In this document: positions 1-12,326 of the stretch, piece by piece | Position numbering within the stretch: position 1 is the stretch's first letter | Layout: the number at the start of each line of letters is the position of its first letter | Assembly: GCA_008632985.1 (NCBI GenBank) | Contig: QPGO01000340.1 | Coordinates: forward strand, 1-51,858 | Direction of reading: 5' to 3' | DNA from: Psammoneis japonica | Taxonomy: Eukaryota | Length of the DNA stretch: 51,858 bases | Translations under genes and position numbers: made by a program | The notes under the pieces: model-generated | What the model saw: the letters and a program-made list of their open reading frames with translations, nothing else | Databases searched by the model: none | What the model was told of the DNA's origin: nothing

Positions 1-1284
1 GGGTTTTGTTTGGTTTTCGTAGGACAATGCCAAACTAAACCATAGTTTATCTCGCCATGGAGTCTGAGATTGACAACTTCTTTCAACTTTACGACTGTAC
101 CGTAGAAGTAACACCAATCAATCATATGAAGTAGATACCCTATAATATATTTCTGGAAGGAATTGGTGATGTATGCTGTAGTCCTTCTGGTTGGTGATTG
201 TAGACTTTTTCGTGTCGGTCGGTTTGTCGGTCGCCATTTGAAAGTGTGTCCCCTGTATTTTTGAACAGGGTGGGTTGTTCAGTCCAAATCAATTAAAATT
301 GAAAGAATGATCATTACGTGGAACTATTTTTCAGAAAAGAGTGAAATTGTTGTGAAATTGGGATTGCCGGCGTGTTAGGAGAAATATTTGGCTTTTCCGG
401 GCTGTTAATAAAGATAATTGACTGTAAATCGTACACGAAACCCCGCAGTAGAAAATTTGTGCAATAAGTGAGTTGTTTGTGCGATGCGCTATTTGGCGGT
501 AAAATGGGAAAAAAAGGAGTTTCCGTGCACCTTTTTACAGCCCCATGCTGTACCGGTAGTCTAGCTTATCTGTGACAGACTTTTTGCACTCAAATAATTA
601 TGTCGGTCTTGATGCACCATAGAAAGTTGACGAATAAGGCCACTAAAATANATAGATCTTATGGCACAGAAAAAACCAAATTGACACATTTAGATATGAC
701 GCACTTTCAATGCCCGAGGAGTGTGCAAAAACTTTCCACAACCACATTTAAATCACCACATAAGCCCGTTTTATTTACACTGAACAAAAAAGAATAGCAC
801 CCACAGACTAAGAAAATTATGGCGGTTCTAATGGTGTTGCTTTTGTTGTCATAAGGTAGACATTCGATGCCGTCATGGGCCATCATCGTCATTCTCCGTG
901 CTGGTTAGTCGTGTGAGGTATTATTTAGCTTCTTAACCTCGCAGGTTAGGTCACCAAAACGCAAAACGAGAAAAAGAGATGAGGCTGGCTCTTGTTCGTT
1001 TTCTTCTTCGCTTTGCTTGAGGATCAGCCTGTGGCGCCAACAGTTGCGAATTCGACATGTAGAGTGAGTTCAGCCTTGGCCTGACGTCTCATGGACGATT
1101 CTTGAATAGCGACATCTTGGACATGATTGGCACTCCAAGTGCTACATGCATAGTTGCCAATTTGGATTGTGCAGTCAGGATTTTGACGATTCTCCATTTT
1201 AAGTCATACATCATTATTTTCATTGTGTCATGAAGCAACAAATTCATGTTTGTTAAATCTTCGTTCCAGCAAACGGATCGTTTT

Positions 1285-1506
1285 CCTCACCATGCAGCAT
1301 GTCAATCAGCTTTCCACTCAGTAGATGTTTCTACTTATGCACACTAATTCTCAGTGTTTCGAACATGAAACCCAGAGGTCTTCTTTTTATGTCCATCCTC
1401 ACCATGCAGCTGGTCAATCAGCTTTCCACTCAGCAGACATTTAAGGCGCACACTAATTCTCAGTGTTTTTGAACATGAACCCAGAGGTCTTCTTTTTTGT
1501 CCCATC
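1285..1506. repeat. Tandem duplication, unit about 112 bp, two diverged copies
   Basis: CCTCACCATGCAGC..GTCAATCAGCTTTCCACTCAG..CACACTAATTCTCAGTGTTT..CCCAGAGGTCTTCTTTTT occurs from 1285 and from 1397. The copies differ at TA/CA and TG/CA sites (cagTAgaTGttt vs cagCAgaCAttt). Confidence 0.85.
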
Positions 1507-3130
1507 TCAGGTCATTTGTTATTTTGTTGTGTCATGAATGACAGGAACTCTGAAGAATCCATTGCAATCTTGCATTGGGAGAACCGGCATTCACTGTGCT
1601 AAAAAATTCTTTTTTGAATTTCTTGGCTCAATGAGCGAGGCTGGCCTGTCCAATGCAGGCTGGCCGACCTTCTCTCCGACAACCCCCCCCCCCCCCAACG
1701 CATCCGGACGCAGGAGGGACCGCGCACGAGGTTGTGCGCGCGCGAGATGGCACACACAATCTCGACACGTAAAAAACATCTGCGCGTCAAACGTGGTGAA
1801 CACGATTTTCGGAGACATGCCAAACTTGCGCTGCAATCCCTCAAGATTTTCTCTTCGCCTTTTGGTCATCGCGCGCGCAAGAGCTATTTCGCGCGATGAG
1901 AATGCGCGTGAGTGCGCCGTAATAAAGTGTACGTAGATTGTACGTGGCGAGTATTATGGGAGGCGGGGACTTACTTCCGTTTTCCACCGCAAAAGCGCAT
2001 TCACGACAACCTCCCCGAACCCGGCTGCGTGCGACGCTGCGCGCAAAAAGTAAGAGAAAAATCTGCTTTTCATACGTGGTGAATAAAAATTTCTTGGTCT
2101 AGCTGTTCTCGTTGTCGACCTCCACTGCATGAGCTGACATCTCTTTCTTCGCCATTTGGCTTTGACTTCGTGTAGCAACTGTTCTAATTTAATGTGCTAC
2201 ACAGAGTCATTTCGCGCGGTTTTCGCGCGCACGTTCCCACACAAAGTCAGTGATGCGTGTCTTTTTGCGCGCAGTGCCATGTGTGTGTGAGCGCGCGACT
2301 TTTTGCGCGCAGTGCTGTGGGTGCCGATGCCGTTTGGCTTCTTCGGCTGGAAACAATCTTCAACACATTTGAGAACCTCTGGTGGTTTGTTTTCGAGATC
2401 CTGCTGCATCGAACTCATGCCGTCGTTCTGGAACTTGGGCAAGGTTGTTCCTTGATCTGGCAAAGAAGCTGCCTTGTTGGTTGCTTCGGAAGGAGAGAGA
2501 GGCATGATTTGAGAGTCAGTCGTGAGAAATGAAAGTGAAACGAGAATTGGTGATGCTTTTCCACCTGCCACACGGTCGCATGTGTTTTGTGTGCCGGTGC
2601 ACAGTGCGGTAGACAGGCAGGCCCTGCAGTGCTTCTAAATGATGCTGTGGAACCATCGTTCGCTTCTGCGTGCGTGAACCCTGCACAAAACAAATGCTGG
2701 GACCTGCATGATGTGGTCGAACTGTGCAGAGGATTCACGTGATTTTCTAAAGCGTGGAATTGGAATTCTTGCGAATCAATCGAGAACGACACAGAGGCCC
2801 CACTTTTAACAAAGTGTTGACTGCCATTGGCGGTCACTTGTCAAACCACTTTTTGAAAACGGGCGTTTCCCTTGAGCTTGCTCAAAATTTGCCACGCATG
2901 GTCATGGCATTTCGCTGGCCACCATGACTCGTGCACCCCCTTTCCTCCCTCCCCTCCCCCCCCTTCAAACCGCCCGCCCACTCACATCCGGGCGCGAGGT
3001 GGGAGGAGCAACTCAAACCCAGTTGGTGGTCTGCTGGCTGGGACGACATGGACTGGGCCTGTCAAAGAGGGACTCACTGTTCCGTTGCCTTCCGCCAACC
3101 TCTTTCTTTGAAAGTGGACATTTCATCCAA

Positions 3131-3852
3131 CACCAGTCCTCCCATGTCACCTGATGTCTGGACTCTCCCTGACGGCAATCCCACGGAACCAAGTCAAGAT
3201 TCAGGGGGGAGATCAGGGGAGGGTAGAGGAAATCCATTGAAGCCATTGAGTTGGCATCCCGAGGAATCAGGATTTGCTGTGCTGTCTCCACCCACATCTC
3301 TCCGTCTCCTTGACACCAGACGCAAGATTTTTGAAGTCAATGTCATCAAATTTTCGTCCGATGAACGTTGTCCACAGAGTTTGACACTGGGCCTGTGTCT
3401 CCTGCACAGTGACCAAGATCTCGTCCAGACCAATGCCCAGGCCGTGCCCCCTCGAGGTCAATCCGGCACTCGGCGATGCTCTGCACCACCACACCAGTCC
3501 TCCGACATCACCTGATGTCATCTCCCTGACGGCAATCCATGGAACCACATCAAGATCAGGGGGAAGGGATCAAGATCAGGGGAGGGCAGGAAACCCATTG
3601 AAACCATTTGAATTGGCATCCTGAGGAGTCCATCCGCATCTCTCCGTCCATCCCTTCTCATGGACATCTGTCTCCCAATGTCACGTTTGACACCAGACGC
3701 GAGATTTTTAAAGTCAATGTCATCAAATTTTCGTCCGATGAACGTTGTGCACAGTTTGACACTGGGCCTGTGTCTCCTGCACCTTGACCAAGATCTCGTC
3801 CGCCACTGCCAGGTGGTGCCCCCTCGAGGTCAATCCGGCACTCGGCGGTGCT
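3131..3852. repeat. Tandem duplication, unit about 360 bp, two diverged copies, inside a TA-poor repeat relic
   Basis: CACCAGTCCTCC..CACCTGATGTC..CTCCCTGACGGCAATCC at 3131 and 3492. The block GACACCAGACG..AAGTCAATGTCATCAAATTTTCGTCCGATGAACGTTG..CCCCTCGAGGTCAATCCGGCACTCGGCG recurs at about 3312-3476 and 3689-3847. Confidence 0.85.
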
Positions 3853-4458
3853 GCTGTTCCCCATGGCTCAGGCTGTCTATGCATCCCCAGCAGAGAAACC
3901 AAGGAGGGGCATGTTGCCATCCGTGCACATGCCACCATCCCAGGCTCCAATTGATTGACTCAGGTGGACGAACGGGCTTTTCACAGCCAATGGTGGACGC
4001 AAGCGAGATTTCACGGTACCTAGATTTTTTACTGAAATTTCATGATTAAGGAACCTGCAAGCATGTTGCGAAACATCGGCTACGCACTGCTCAAGACGTT
4101 ATCATCCATGGTCAGCTTTATCCTGGTTGCTCCGTGTCTTATCCCGCCATTTTCACTTCCTTGCCTTCTTTCAAAATGTAAACATCGTTGCCTTCTTTCA
4201 AAATGTCAACAAAAACCGCTTCTTGGGCGACAAAGAATTTTCAGAAACCATCGCCACTAGTTTATCAGGGAAAGAAGACGCAAGATCTTAAACTAGTTCT
4301 TGTAAATATTTAGTGGACTGGCTTTTTCAGCTTTTAGGTGTGAACCCCACCTTCGGCTGCAATCTTTTAAATCATTTGTGCCAATTGCTCAGATAGAAAC
4401 ATGCAATCTTTTCTGCCTTATTCAACATGAATTTTGTGAATTGAGTCTGCCACCGAAT

Positions 4459-6930
4459 CTATCCCCAATAGCCATAACAATCCTTGTGAGGTATTCCATC
4501 ATCCAAGTTGATGCTGGTTATGTGTTTTTGAGTGGCAAGGTCGTGGATTTGAACAGTGTGGCTCTTCATTGTCGTCAGTTGCCCCTTGTGAACCAGGCTC
4601 CTTGCGGGGATGCGTGCATTGTACCAACAGTAGCTCCGCCAGTTAACGATGCGGCTAGGTTCAACGTGCGATATGTTGAAAAGAGGTTCGATGCCATCGA
4701 CGTCAACGTGGTACAGACTAAAGCCGTCATAGTTGTCTCGATTACCATACCGGTAAATTTGAAGAGGGACAATAAGAACCTTTGACCTTTGTAGGTAGCG
4801 AAAGGCGTGGTGGTTCCCCTGTGCATCGCTGTACGAATAAGGAGAGTCCACTTTGTATCGTTGTACCAAACTCGGCGCAGTCAGATTAGAAACATTGAAC
4901 AAACTGACTAGAAATCCTGTTGTGCGACCAGTGGTTTCATTTGCATCCTGTCCAATTCCGATGAGCATGTTGTCGTCGACGGGGTGGAGATAGTTGGAGA
5001 AACCCGTTATCTTCAACTCGCCCTTGACTTCAGGTTTCGTTGGATCTTTCAAATCCACTGCATATAATGGATCAACCTGCCGAAAGGTGACGACGAATGC
5101 CTTGTCGTCAAAGAATCTGACGGCAAATATCCGTTCTCCCTTACCAAGGCCCTCCACAAAGCCAACGCGTTTACCGAAGTTCGCCGAATCCCCTGCCGGT
5201 TTGTTGAAGTCGAGGATGGATATCTGACTTGAAGAATCGCTGGTAATCTGCCAAGTGCATGGTTGAGTTGTTTCGTCACGAGTGGTTTGTGGGACACAAC
5301 TCCATTGAGCACTGTTCGTTGTAGCCACTCGTAGGTAACCATCATAGAAATCCATTGAGAACTGATTCAGAACATATCCCGCGACTTGCGCACCACCCAC
5401 TCCCTTGGCAGCACTACCATCATCTTGCAATTCAAATACATATAGGTAAGTGCGTTCTTTCCAGTTGCGCCAGTCATTGAACCACTGACGCCAGCCGCGT
5501 CCAGCCACGACGAGGACTTCTTTTGATACGTACACATCTACCGAGTGCGTGGGGAGAAAAGCATTCTTTGATTCAAGAGTGATTTTTTTGTCGCCAAACT
5601 CTTGGTTTATATCGAAGCTAGTGACTTTGGTGAGAGTGGTCAGCACATCAATGTTGTGGTAAAAGCCGGGCACCTTGTCCTCGGTAGTGCTGCCTGTCGT
5701 CAAGGACGATATCTTTGCAAAGTTGTGGCAGTTTCCAATGATATCTAACTCTTCTTCAAGTCTTTTAATGACGGATGGGATAAGGGCATTTGCCTTTGCC
5801 TTTGCAGCTCTTCGATATGTCTCTGTGTCCATGCCTTGATAATCTTCTGCCCATCTCTGAAGATACTGCGAGTAGTGATTATACCAGTTGAAACTGGACA
5901 TGGTAATAATGTGTCCAATAGCCGAGATGGATCGAGAAGCAATGTATCGCCCTTCCAAGTCCTGCTGTGCAAGCAATTTCAACTCTGGCACACCGGTCTT
6001 GTCAACAACGCCTGTGTTTGTGGCAGCTAAGTCATAAACACGCAGCTGCAACTTCTCTTGTCCGCCTAGAATACGTTGGTTTACGATATCGTTGCGGTAA
6101 TAGCTCTGGTACCAACCGACAATCACAACCAATCGGTTCTTGTGAAGCAGTAAGTCCTTGATCTGAGGCTTGGAAGGGTAGTGCGGGTAGATGACGCTCA
6201 GTTCGCGCCTTGTGGGGATGGTGGTCATTGTCGTGCGAGTCAGAACCTTTCCTGTTGCTGCCTCCCAGCATACGAGTACGTCACCATACGCAGCACAAAC
6301 AACTTCACCATTAGACTTGACAATGTCTCCCTCGTCCACCCCTGCTTCTTGATTGTTCGTTTCAAAACTATCCTCGGGTTGTGCATTGCTTTCGGTGGTG
6401 CTTTCCAAGGGACCATTGGATGCCCGTGGCCTACTGACAACCAGGCTGTCATCCACAAGAAACTTATCATCATTGCTCTGAAAGATGATGGAATTCGCAA
6501 GCGATTTCAAAGCATTCGTGATGTCAGTTCTTAGAGCGTTGCAGCTCTTGTACCCTTTCGCGTCAGATGCACTGAACGGACGACGTTTTACCGTAAAGGG
6601 ATGAAAACCTGATTCATCTGCGTTTACACTAAACCTCGTCCGACAGTATTCTCTGCATTTCTTTCTTCTTTTGCCTTGGGGTTTCTTCTTGATGCAACGT
6701 GCAAAGCATCTCTTCTTCCTCCTGTTTCTTGCCATCCTGTTACTGACAAGCTGAATATCTTCTAAACCATCGTATTTCTCATTCCTGTTCGATCTCAACA
6801 ATCCAGCAAGCCTGCGGCCGGAGTCCTCCTCGGCAAGACACAAAAAACTGGAGTGATTGACGCCGAGGAAGTCCCGTAGGCACGAACATACCATGGCCGT
6901 AAACCACACGATGGCGCAGAAACGACGCAT
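4459..6930 (-). CDS. Secreted beta-propeller domain protein (Beta_propel/PF09826-like), intronless, 823 aa
   Basis: Long intact ORF with a hydrophobic N-terminus and family motifs TNNQEAGVDEGDIVKSNG, GYVLNQFSMDFYDGYLRVATT, GERIFAVRF, FVVTFRQVDPLYAVDL, GELKITGFSNYLHP. Normal Tyr and TA content. Confidence 0.9.
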   Translation of the reverse strand: MRRFCAIVWFTAMVCSCLRDFLGVNHSSFLCLAEEDSGRRLAGLLRSNRNEKYDGLEDIQLVSNRMARNRRKKRCFARCIKKKPQGKRRKKCREYCRTRFSVNADESGFHPFTVKRRPFSASDAKGYKSCNALRTDITNALKSLANSIIFQSNDDKFLVDDSLVVSRPRASNGPLESTTESNAQPEDSFETNNQEAGVDEGDIVKSNGEVVCAAYGDVLVCWEAATGKVLTRTTMTTIPTRRELSVIYPHYPSKPQIKDLLLHKNRLVVIVGWYQSYYRNDIVNQRILGGQEKLQLRVYDLAATNTGVVDKTGVPELKLLAQQDLEGRYIASRSISAIGHIITMSSFNWYNHYSQYLQRWAEDYQGMDTETYRRAAKAKANALIPSVIKRLEEELDIIGNCHNFAKISSLTTGSTTEDKVPGFYHNIDVLTTLTKVTSFDINQEFGDKKITLESKNAFLPTHSVDVYVSKEVLVVAGRGWRQWFNDWRNWKERTYLYVFELQDDGSAAKGVGGAQVAGYVLNQFSMDFYDGYLRVATTNSAQWSCVPQTTRDETTQPCTWQITSDSSSQISILDFNKPAGDSANFGKRVGFVEGLGKGERIFAVRFFDDKAFVVTFRQVDPLYAVDLKDPTKPEVKGELKITGFSNYLHPVDDNMLIGIGQDANETTGRTTGFLVSLFNVSNLTAPSLVQRYKVDSPYSYSDAQGNHHAFRYLQRSKVLIVPLQIYRYGNRDNYDGFSLYHVDVDGIEPLFNISHVEPSRIVNWRSYCWYNARIPARSLVHKGQLTTMKSHTVQIHDLATQKHITSINLDDGIPHKDCYGYWG

Positions 6931-7187
6931 GATCCCGGTTTCAAATTCTTAAACGTCGTAGTTCAGATGGCCCTCTTTTTAATGTGCAATCTGCGTGACA
7001 AATGGGGACAAGGTTGTGTCTGTTAGAACAATGGGATTGTTTTCTTTTCGCACTGTAGGTTCTCGTTTTCGTTTTTTTATGAGTTGCCCAGAACATAGGT
7101 AAACACGGACGAGGAAGAGAGGGGAGACTGTATGACAAATACATAGGGAATTAGTTGGATTTATGTCGCAAAACGCGAAGCTCTCTA

Positions 7188-9406
7188 CCGGGGAGTTGCA
7201 TGAAATGTCAAAATTTTCGTTTTTCCCTGCAAAAACGCACAGAATGTCAGAGAGACCTGCCTGCACGCGAGTGCCGCCACAGTCTGCACGATGCTGCGAA
7301 AGTTTGTGCACTTGCCACCAAAACGCTGCTCGCACTTTTTGCCAGGGGACATGCCACAGACACACAATGTTGCATTTGGCTGCAGGACAAATCCTGTGTT
7401 TTTGGGGCTCTGTTTGATTTGACAAAATGTCGAAATTCCATGGAAGGTTTCTCAACAATTGCCTTTTTTCCCAACCAGCGCTGAGACAAAATGCCCCGGG
7501 AAATGCAGGTGGTTGTGTCTTCACCAGACCCCGCCAAAATTTCTCGTTGAGAAGACAACCCACTGGATGGAATGAGAATGTTTAAATGATGTTGCACAGT
7601 GCGTGAAAAATGACAACCTGCACTCACTCAATTGGGTTGGCATGGTGACATCAAGCACTGAAATGAACGACAAAACGGTGCGATAATCGATGATGACGAC
7701 ACCTTCTATCGGTGCCTGCCTGTGCGCTCATTTTCTACTGTATCCAAATTTGTATATCCACAAATACATCATAAGTAGTTGCTGTGAGCACATCACGTTG
7801 TCACGGCGTTTCTGCACGCATGATGATACGCATGGCACCGCACGACTGCAAGAGATGCCGTTGAGTTCCCTTCTCGATCCCGAACTCCGATTTGAACCAG
7901 TCACGACTGTCTCAACCTCATCGCTTCGTGCGATAGTACAGATTTCAAATTCAAACCCGCCAAATAGCTCCAACCGCCAAAACCAAAAAAGGCCTCTTGG
8001 GGGGGACTGGGGCTAGAGACTATTTTGGATTATTGTCGTTCAAGATTCCCTTGCATAGGGCCCTACCGTTCCAAAAGCGTTCCAAAAGCGTTCCAAAAGC
8101 GTTCCGAGAACGTTCTCACATGCACTAATTCGCGCGGAAATCAAACTTTGGAGCCGGTCAATTCGCCAATGAGACATATGATGCATTGTAATTAGTGCAC
8201 TATTGTTAGAACTGTTTGAGTATGGCACAACAGTGTAAAAGTTTAACAGATTATATGGATTTATTGCAAAAAGGTACACCCGTCAAAACAGGCTTCTATT
8301 TTCTCTAAGAAAAAGAACGGCTGGTAGAAGTCTCAATAATTTTGAGTTACAGTGGCTATAAGTTGAACTATAATGGTGTATTGTAACTGCTAGTATTGTT
8401 TGACAATAAACCATATCTGTGACAACCGCCAATAGCTCCAACACGGAAATACCATTCGACGAAATAGGCATTTCGTCATTCCCGTGTTTCCACCGTTCCG
8501 GGAACGTACCAAAAGCGTTCCGAAACCGCACCAAAAGCGTTCCCGAAGGGAATCTCTCTAAAAGGCCTAACATCAAAACATTGTTTTTAGACGTTGGAAA
8601 CGAATGAGAACCCTGCCCGATAATACATGGAACCATCAATCCACCTACGGCAACAAAAACACTGCTGCATGGCAATAGCGCGGTATCAATCATTTTAGCA
8701 TAGTGTAAAATATCAAATGCGCAACACACGACTGTACTACTCACCATACAAATGCGCCTGCCCAGAGCCACAGTAGATTGTCTTGCAAGGACAGTCATTC
8801 AGAGGCAGACAAGATCGGAATGGATTTGGAACCAATGGGTTCGCGTCATACTTGAGCACTTTGCAGGACATGCAGTAGTGTGCGAGTTGTGGGGCCTTCT
8901 TCAAGATGAAGGCAACCTTTCTCATGGGTTCCTGCCCACTCACTTGTTGTGTGCCCTTGTTTTCTGAATCTGCATTGTTCTGAAGCCATTTTGCCGGGAA
9001 TCTGTGGTGGAGCACACGAAGACACGATAAGAAAATGGTTTTGTGTCGGAATAGAGTTAATTGTAAATCTGGACTTGTTGCGTACCATCATTCCAATCTC
9101 TTTTTGAAAATCAACGTACTGGCATTAGCTTCACCATCTTATCATCTTAGATTGACTGGTAACACAGGTTTATGGATGATAATGGCATGCACGGTGACGG
9201 TGGACGGCACTGACTTTCGCTTCGCATCAACGAACCATCGCCGCGTTCGCCGTTCGACCCCATCTTCTATCTGGTGTCTGGTGTTCGCATAGCCCAAAAT
9301 GCAACGTTTTAGGGGATGTGTAAAATGAATTATCGTCACGAAAAAACACGAAAAACCACGAAAAACAGGGAAAAACGAAAATTTCGACATTTCATGCAAC
9401 TCCCGG
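7188..9406. mobile_element. Putative non-autonomous TIR DNA transposon (Tc1/mariner-like, TA-flanked), about 42-bp terminal inverted repeats
   Basis: 7188-7229 CCGGGGAGTTGCATGAAATGTCAAAATTTTCGTTTTTCCCTG is the near-perfect reverse complement of 9366-9406. Both ends abut TA (7186-87, 9407-08). No recognisable transposase inside; superfamily is inferred from the TA flanks only. Confidence 0.6.
8067..8546. repeat. Two clusters of an 11-bp repeat (CGTTCCAAAAG and variants)
   Basis: Three perfect tandem units plus degenerate ones at 8067-8115; degenerate units at about 8494-8546. Confidence 0.75.
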
Positions 9407-12326
9407 TAGAGAGCAGAGCAACGAGCGAACACTGTACCGGTAACTTCAAATTCACCACGAAATAGTATTGTACATAAAGGCGGATAAAGATGACTTTGAA
9501 TCTCTCGTTAGAGTTGATAAACGGCATTGACATAAATATGTTTAATGACGAAGATGGTAAACAATGACTCCACCTAATTGTTTCTGTGTCCAATCGATTT
9601 TAAGAAATGACTCAAATCTCGACCACTACATACAATGCGCGCGCGTCTCACACCCGCACACCCGGACACCTCCTGCATGCGGACGGCAGGGCCGCAAGCT
9701 CTCTCTTAGCTAGAGAGAAAAGTCTCTAGCTCTCTAGAGTAGAGCCACTCTCTAGCTAGACTAGCTAGAGGCCCCATGACACTGCAGGTGTAGACTCGAC
9801 TTTCAGAGAATGCCACCTCGCACAGACAGACCCTGCCTCTGGCACCATGGTGTGTTTTGTGTGGAAACGGGCAGCAATGTTTTTTGTGTGTGCAGAAACA
9901 CACCAGAATCTGCAAGAGCACCGGAGCACATCAGCTGCATTCATGACACCATGTGCAACCCTGGTGCATCATCTGTCAGCATCCTCTGAGAGTCTGTGAA
10001 GTGTGCGCACATCGGCTGATGATGCACAGACTCGCGACAGAGGGTGACCCGGTCGAGAGCCACGGAAAAATTGTGGAGTCACACAGGGTCATGTCAACAC
10101 TTGGGGGTGGCACTTTCTAGAATTTTAGAATCTCACCTGTCACTGGCTTTCATCACAGAAAGCTGGGTGTGATTTCATTTCCAGCGCCGGGATTTGATTC
10201 CTGAGTGCTGAGCTGCACATGCGCGCACGTGCTGAGGGGAAAAAATGCTTGTCTCAGGAGGTCACAAATGCACAACAATCCAAATGAAAACTCCACTGCT
10301 GACTGACATGCCAACAAAAGGGTGGTGGCAATTGACACCCCTGCTGCTCTCAAAATCTCGGAAATCCACAAGGCAAGAATTTCCCAACTCTTTCAGCTGG
10401 AGCATGGCCGCTGCTGTTTTGGCCATTTTTGTTGTCGTTGTCTGCTGGCGGTGACATGTTGAAGGTGCATGTAGAGAGCTCTGCAAGTTAAAAGCAGTGT
10501 GACCTGCAGGAAGAGCACAGCAAGTGGCAGTGGAAGTGGCTGGCCATTTGCCAACAAGCTGTGGTGGTTCTTCATCACAAAGCCAGGGCTCTTCGCTGCT
10601 GAGCCCAAGCAAAGTGAGCTTGACAGTCAGCCAAAAGGGAAGATCAAAACAAGCAGCAAGCTTTGCCAGTGGAATGTGCAGACAGTCTTTTGGAGCATGA
10701 CACCAGTGGTGGAGAGAGATTGTCTGCATGGCACAGGGACATGAGGCTGTGCTGGGTTGGTTCATTGCTGGGGTGTCGTGGGGCACAGCATCAAGCAGCT
10801 GACCAGCATTGTCAACACTCTCCTGCCCAGATCCATTGAGAGAACTGCAACACCGCCATTTCACACTCCATTTTGTCAGCTTCAATGCCAACACTGTGTG
10901 CAACCCTGGCCCACCCCTGAGAACATGCAAAGTGCAGAGCTTGCCCAAAACAACTGCGTGGCTGTCATGGACCTTAGGATGGAAAATCATTCCATCATCA
11001 CCCATCATCATCTCATTGCCCCCAGAAGACACAGGCCAGGGCAGAGAGATTCTTAGGCTGTTTGAGTGTGCACCATCATGTTGGCTGCAAAACAAAGCAC
11101 TGGAAGAAACAAAACATGGGCCCTTGCACTCAATGTTCCATTCTTTGTCCTGACATGAGTGTCAAAGAAGCACAACGACACTGCACCCCAGAACTGGTGG
11201 TCTCATTTGGCACCCAATCTTGAAAGATCATTGCAGTGCACAGCTGCCAATGAGAGTTGATGCATCACGGCGACGTGTTGCAGCCTTTAAATGTCACAAA
11301 GGGCGTGACAAAAACAACCTTTTGTCTGCATGCATGCTGCATTGTGAATTCACAGCGGAGTGGTTCATCGCAACCATTGGGCAGGAGGCCAGGGGTTCGA
11401 AACCCTGAGTGGGAGTTGTCTGCAGCAACGTTGATCACTGTCGAACGCGCAAAACTCTGTGCAGTTCTGTGTGTTCCTTCGCACGTACCCACACTGTTCC
11501 GCCAAAACCGTGCAGTGTCAGTGCACGTTAGTAAAGGGCCGCATGGACGCGTGACACATGGGGGAGGAGTGCAACACACAGCTGCTAACAAGAGTCAATG
11601 CATCACGGCGACATGTTGCAGCCTTTAAATGTCACAAAGGGTGTGACAAAAACAACCTTTTGTCTGCATGCATGCTGCATCATGCCACCACCAGCAGCTT
11701 GTGCTGACAAAAAATGGCAGAAACTCTTGGGGCAGCAGTGCTCTGCAGTTCATTGTCTGCAAGTCCATGAAACTCTTCAGTGTTGGTGCAAAAATTCTGT
11801 GTCAGGCCTCGCATCTTTTGAGACAGAGAAAGAATCCCCTTCCAACACTTTGTTTTCAACTTGCTTCCAATCATGGAGTCATGGAGACAAGGTGGATTTT
11901 TGCCAGTGTTTTTTCACACATCCACCATTGCTTGGCAAACCGTGCTGCTGCTTGCTGAGCTTTGCAGTTGGCAATGCAAGATTCAACTTGCAAAGTGAGT
12001 GCTCTTGGGATGGCACTTGGGGCATTCTCTCTCTTGCAAGAATGGAAGGAGGAGCGCGACCATGCACTCACTCCTCTCAAGGACACAACTCAGAAGAGCA
12101 CCCTGGCTTGGGTTCATGGGTCAGCAAACAACAACCCATCAAGCTGGGAAAGCAGGTTGACAATCCAAGTTTGTCTGGAAAGGACAGGCACAGAATCAAT
12201 CTCTTGAACGGGGCTGGCTTTGTGAAAGTGCAGCGCACTTGGGACAAATCATTTCTCTCTCTTGCAAGAACAGAAGGAGGAGCATGGCCACACACTTGTT
12301 CCCACAAGATGTGACTTGGAAGAGCC

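Noticed and set aside
1..1280. Short ORFs at the left edge
   Set aside because: No recognisable motifs, AT-rich sequence and one ambiguous base (651); a gene call cannot be supported.
8067..8546. CRISPR array (also considered for the 165-180 bp repeats)
   Set aside because: Units are directly tandem with no unique spacers, there are no cas genes and the context is eukaryotic.
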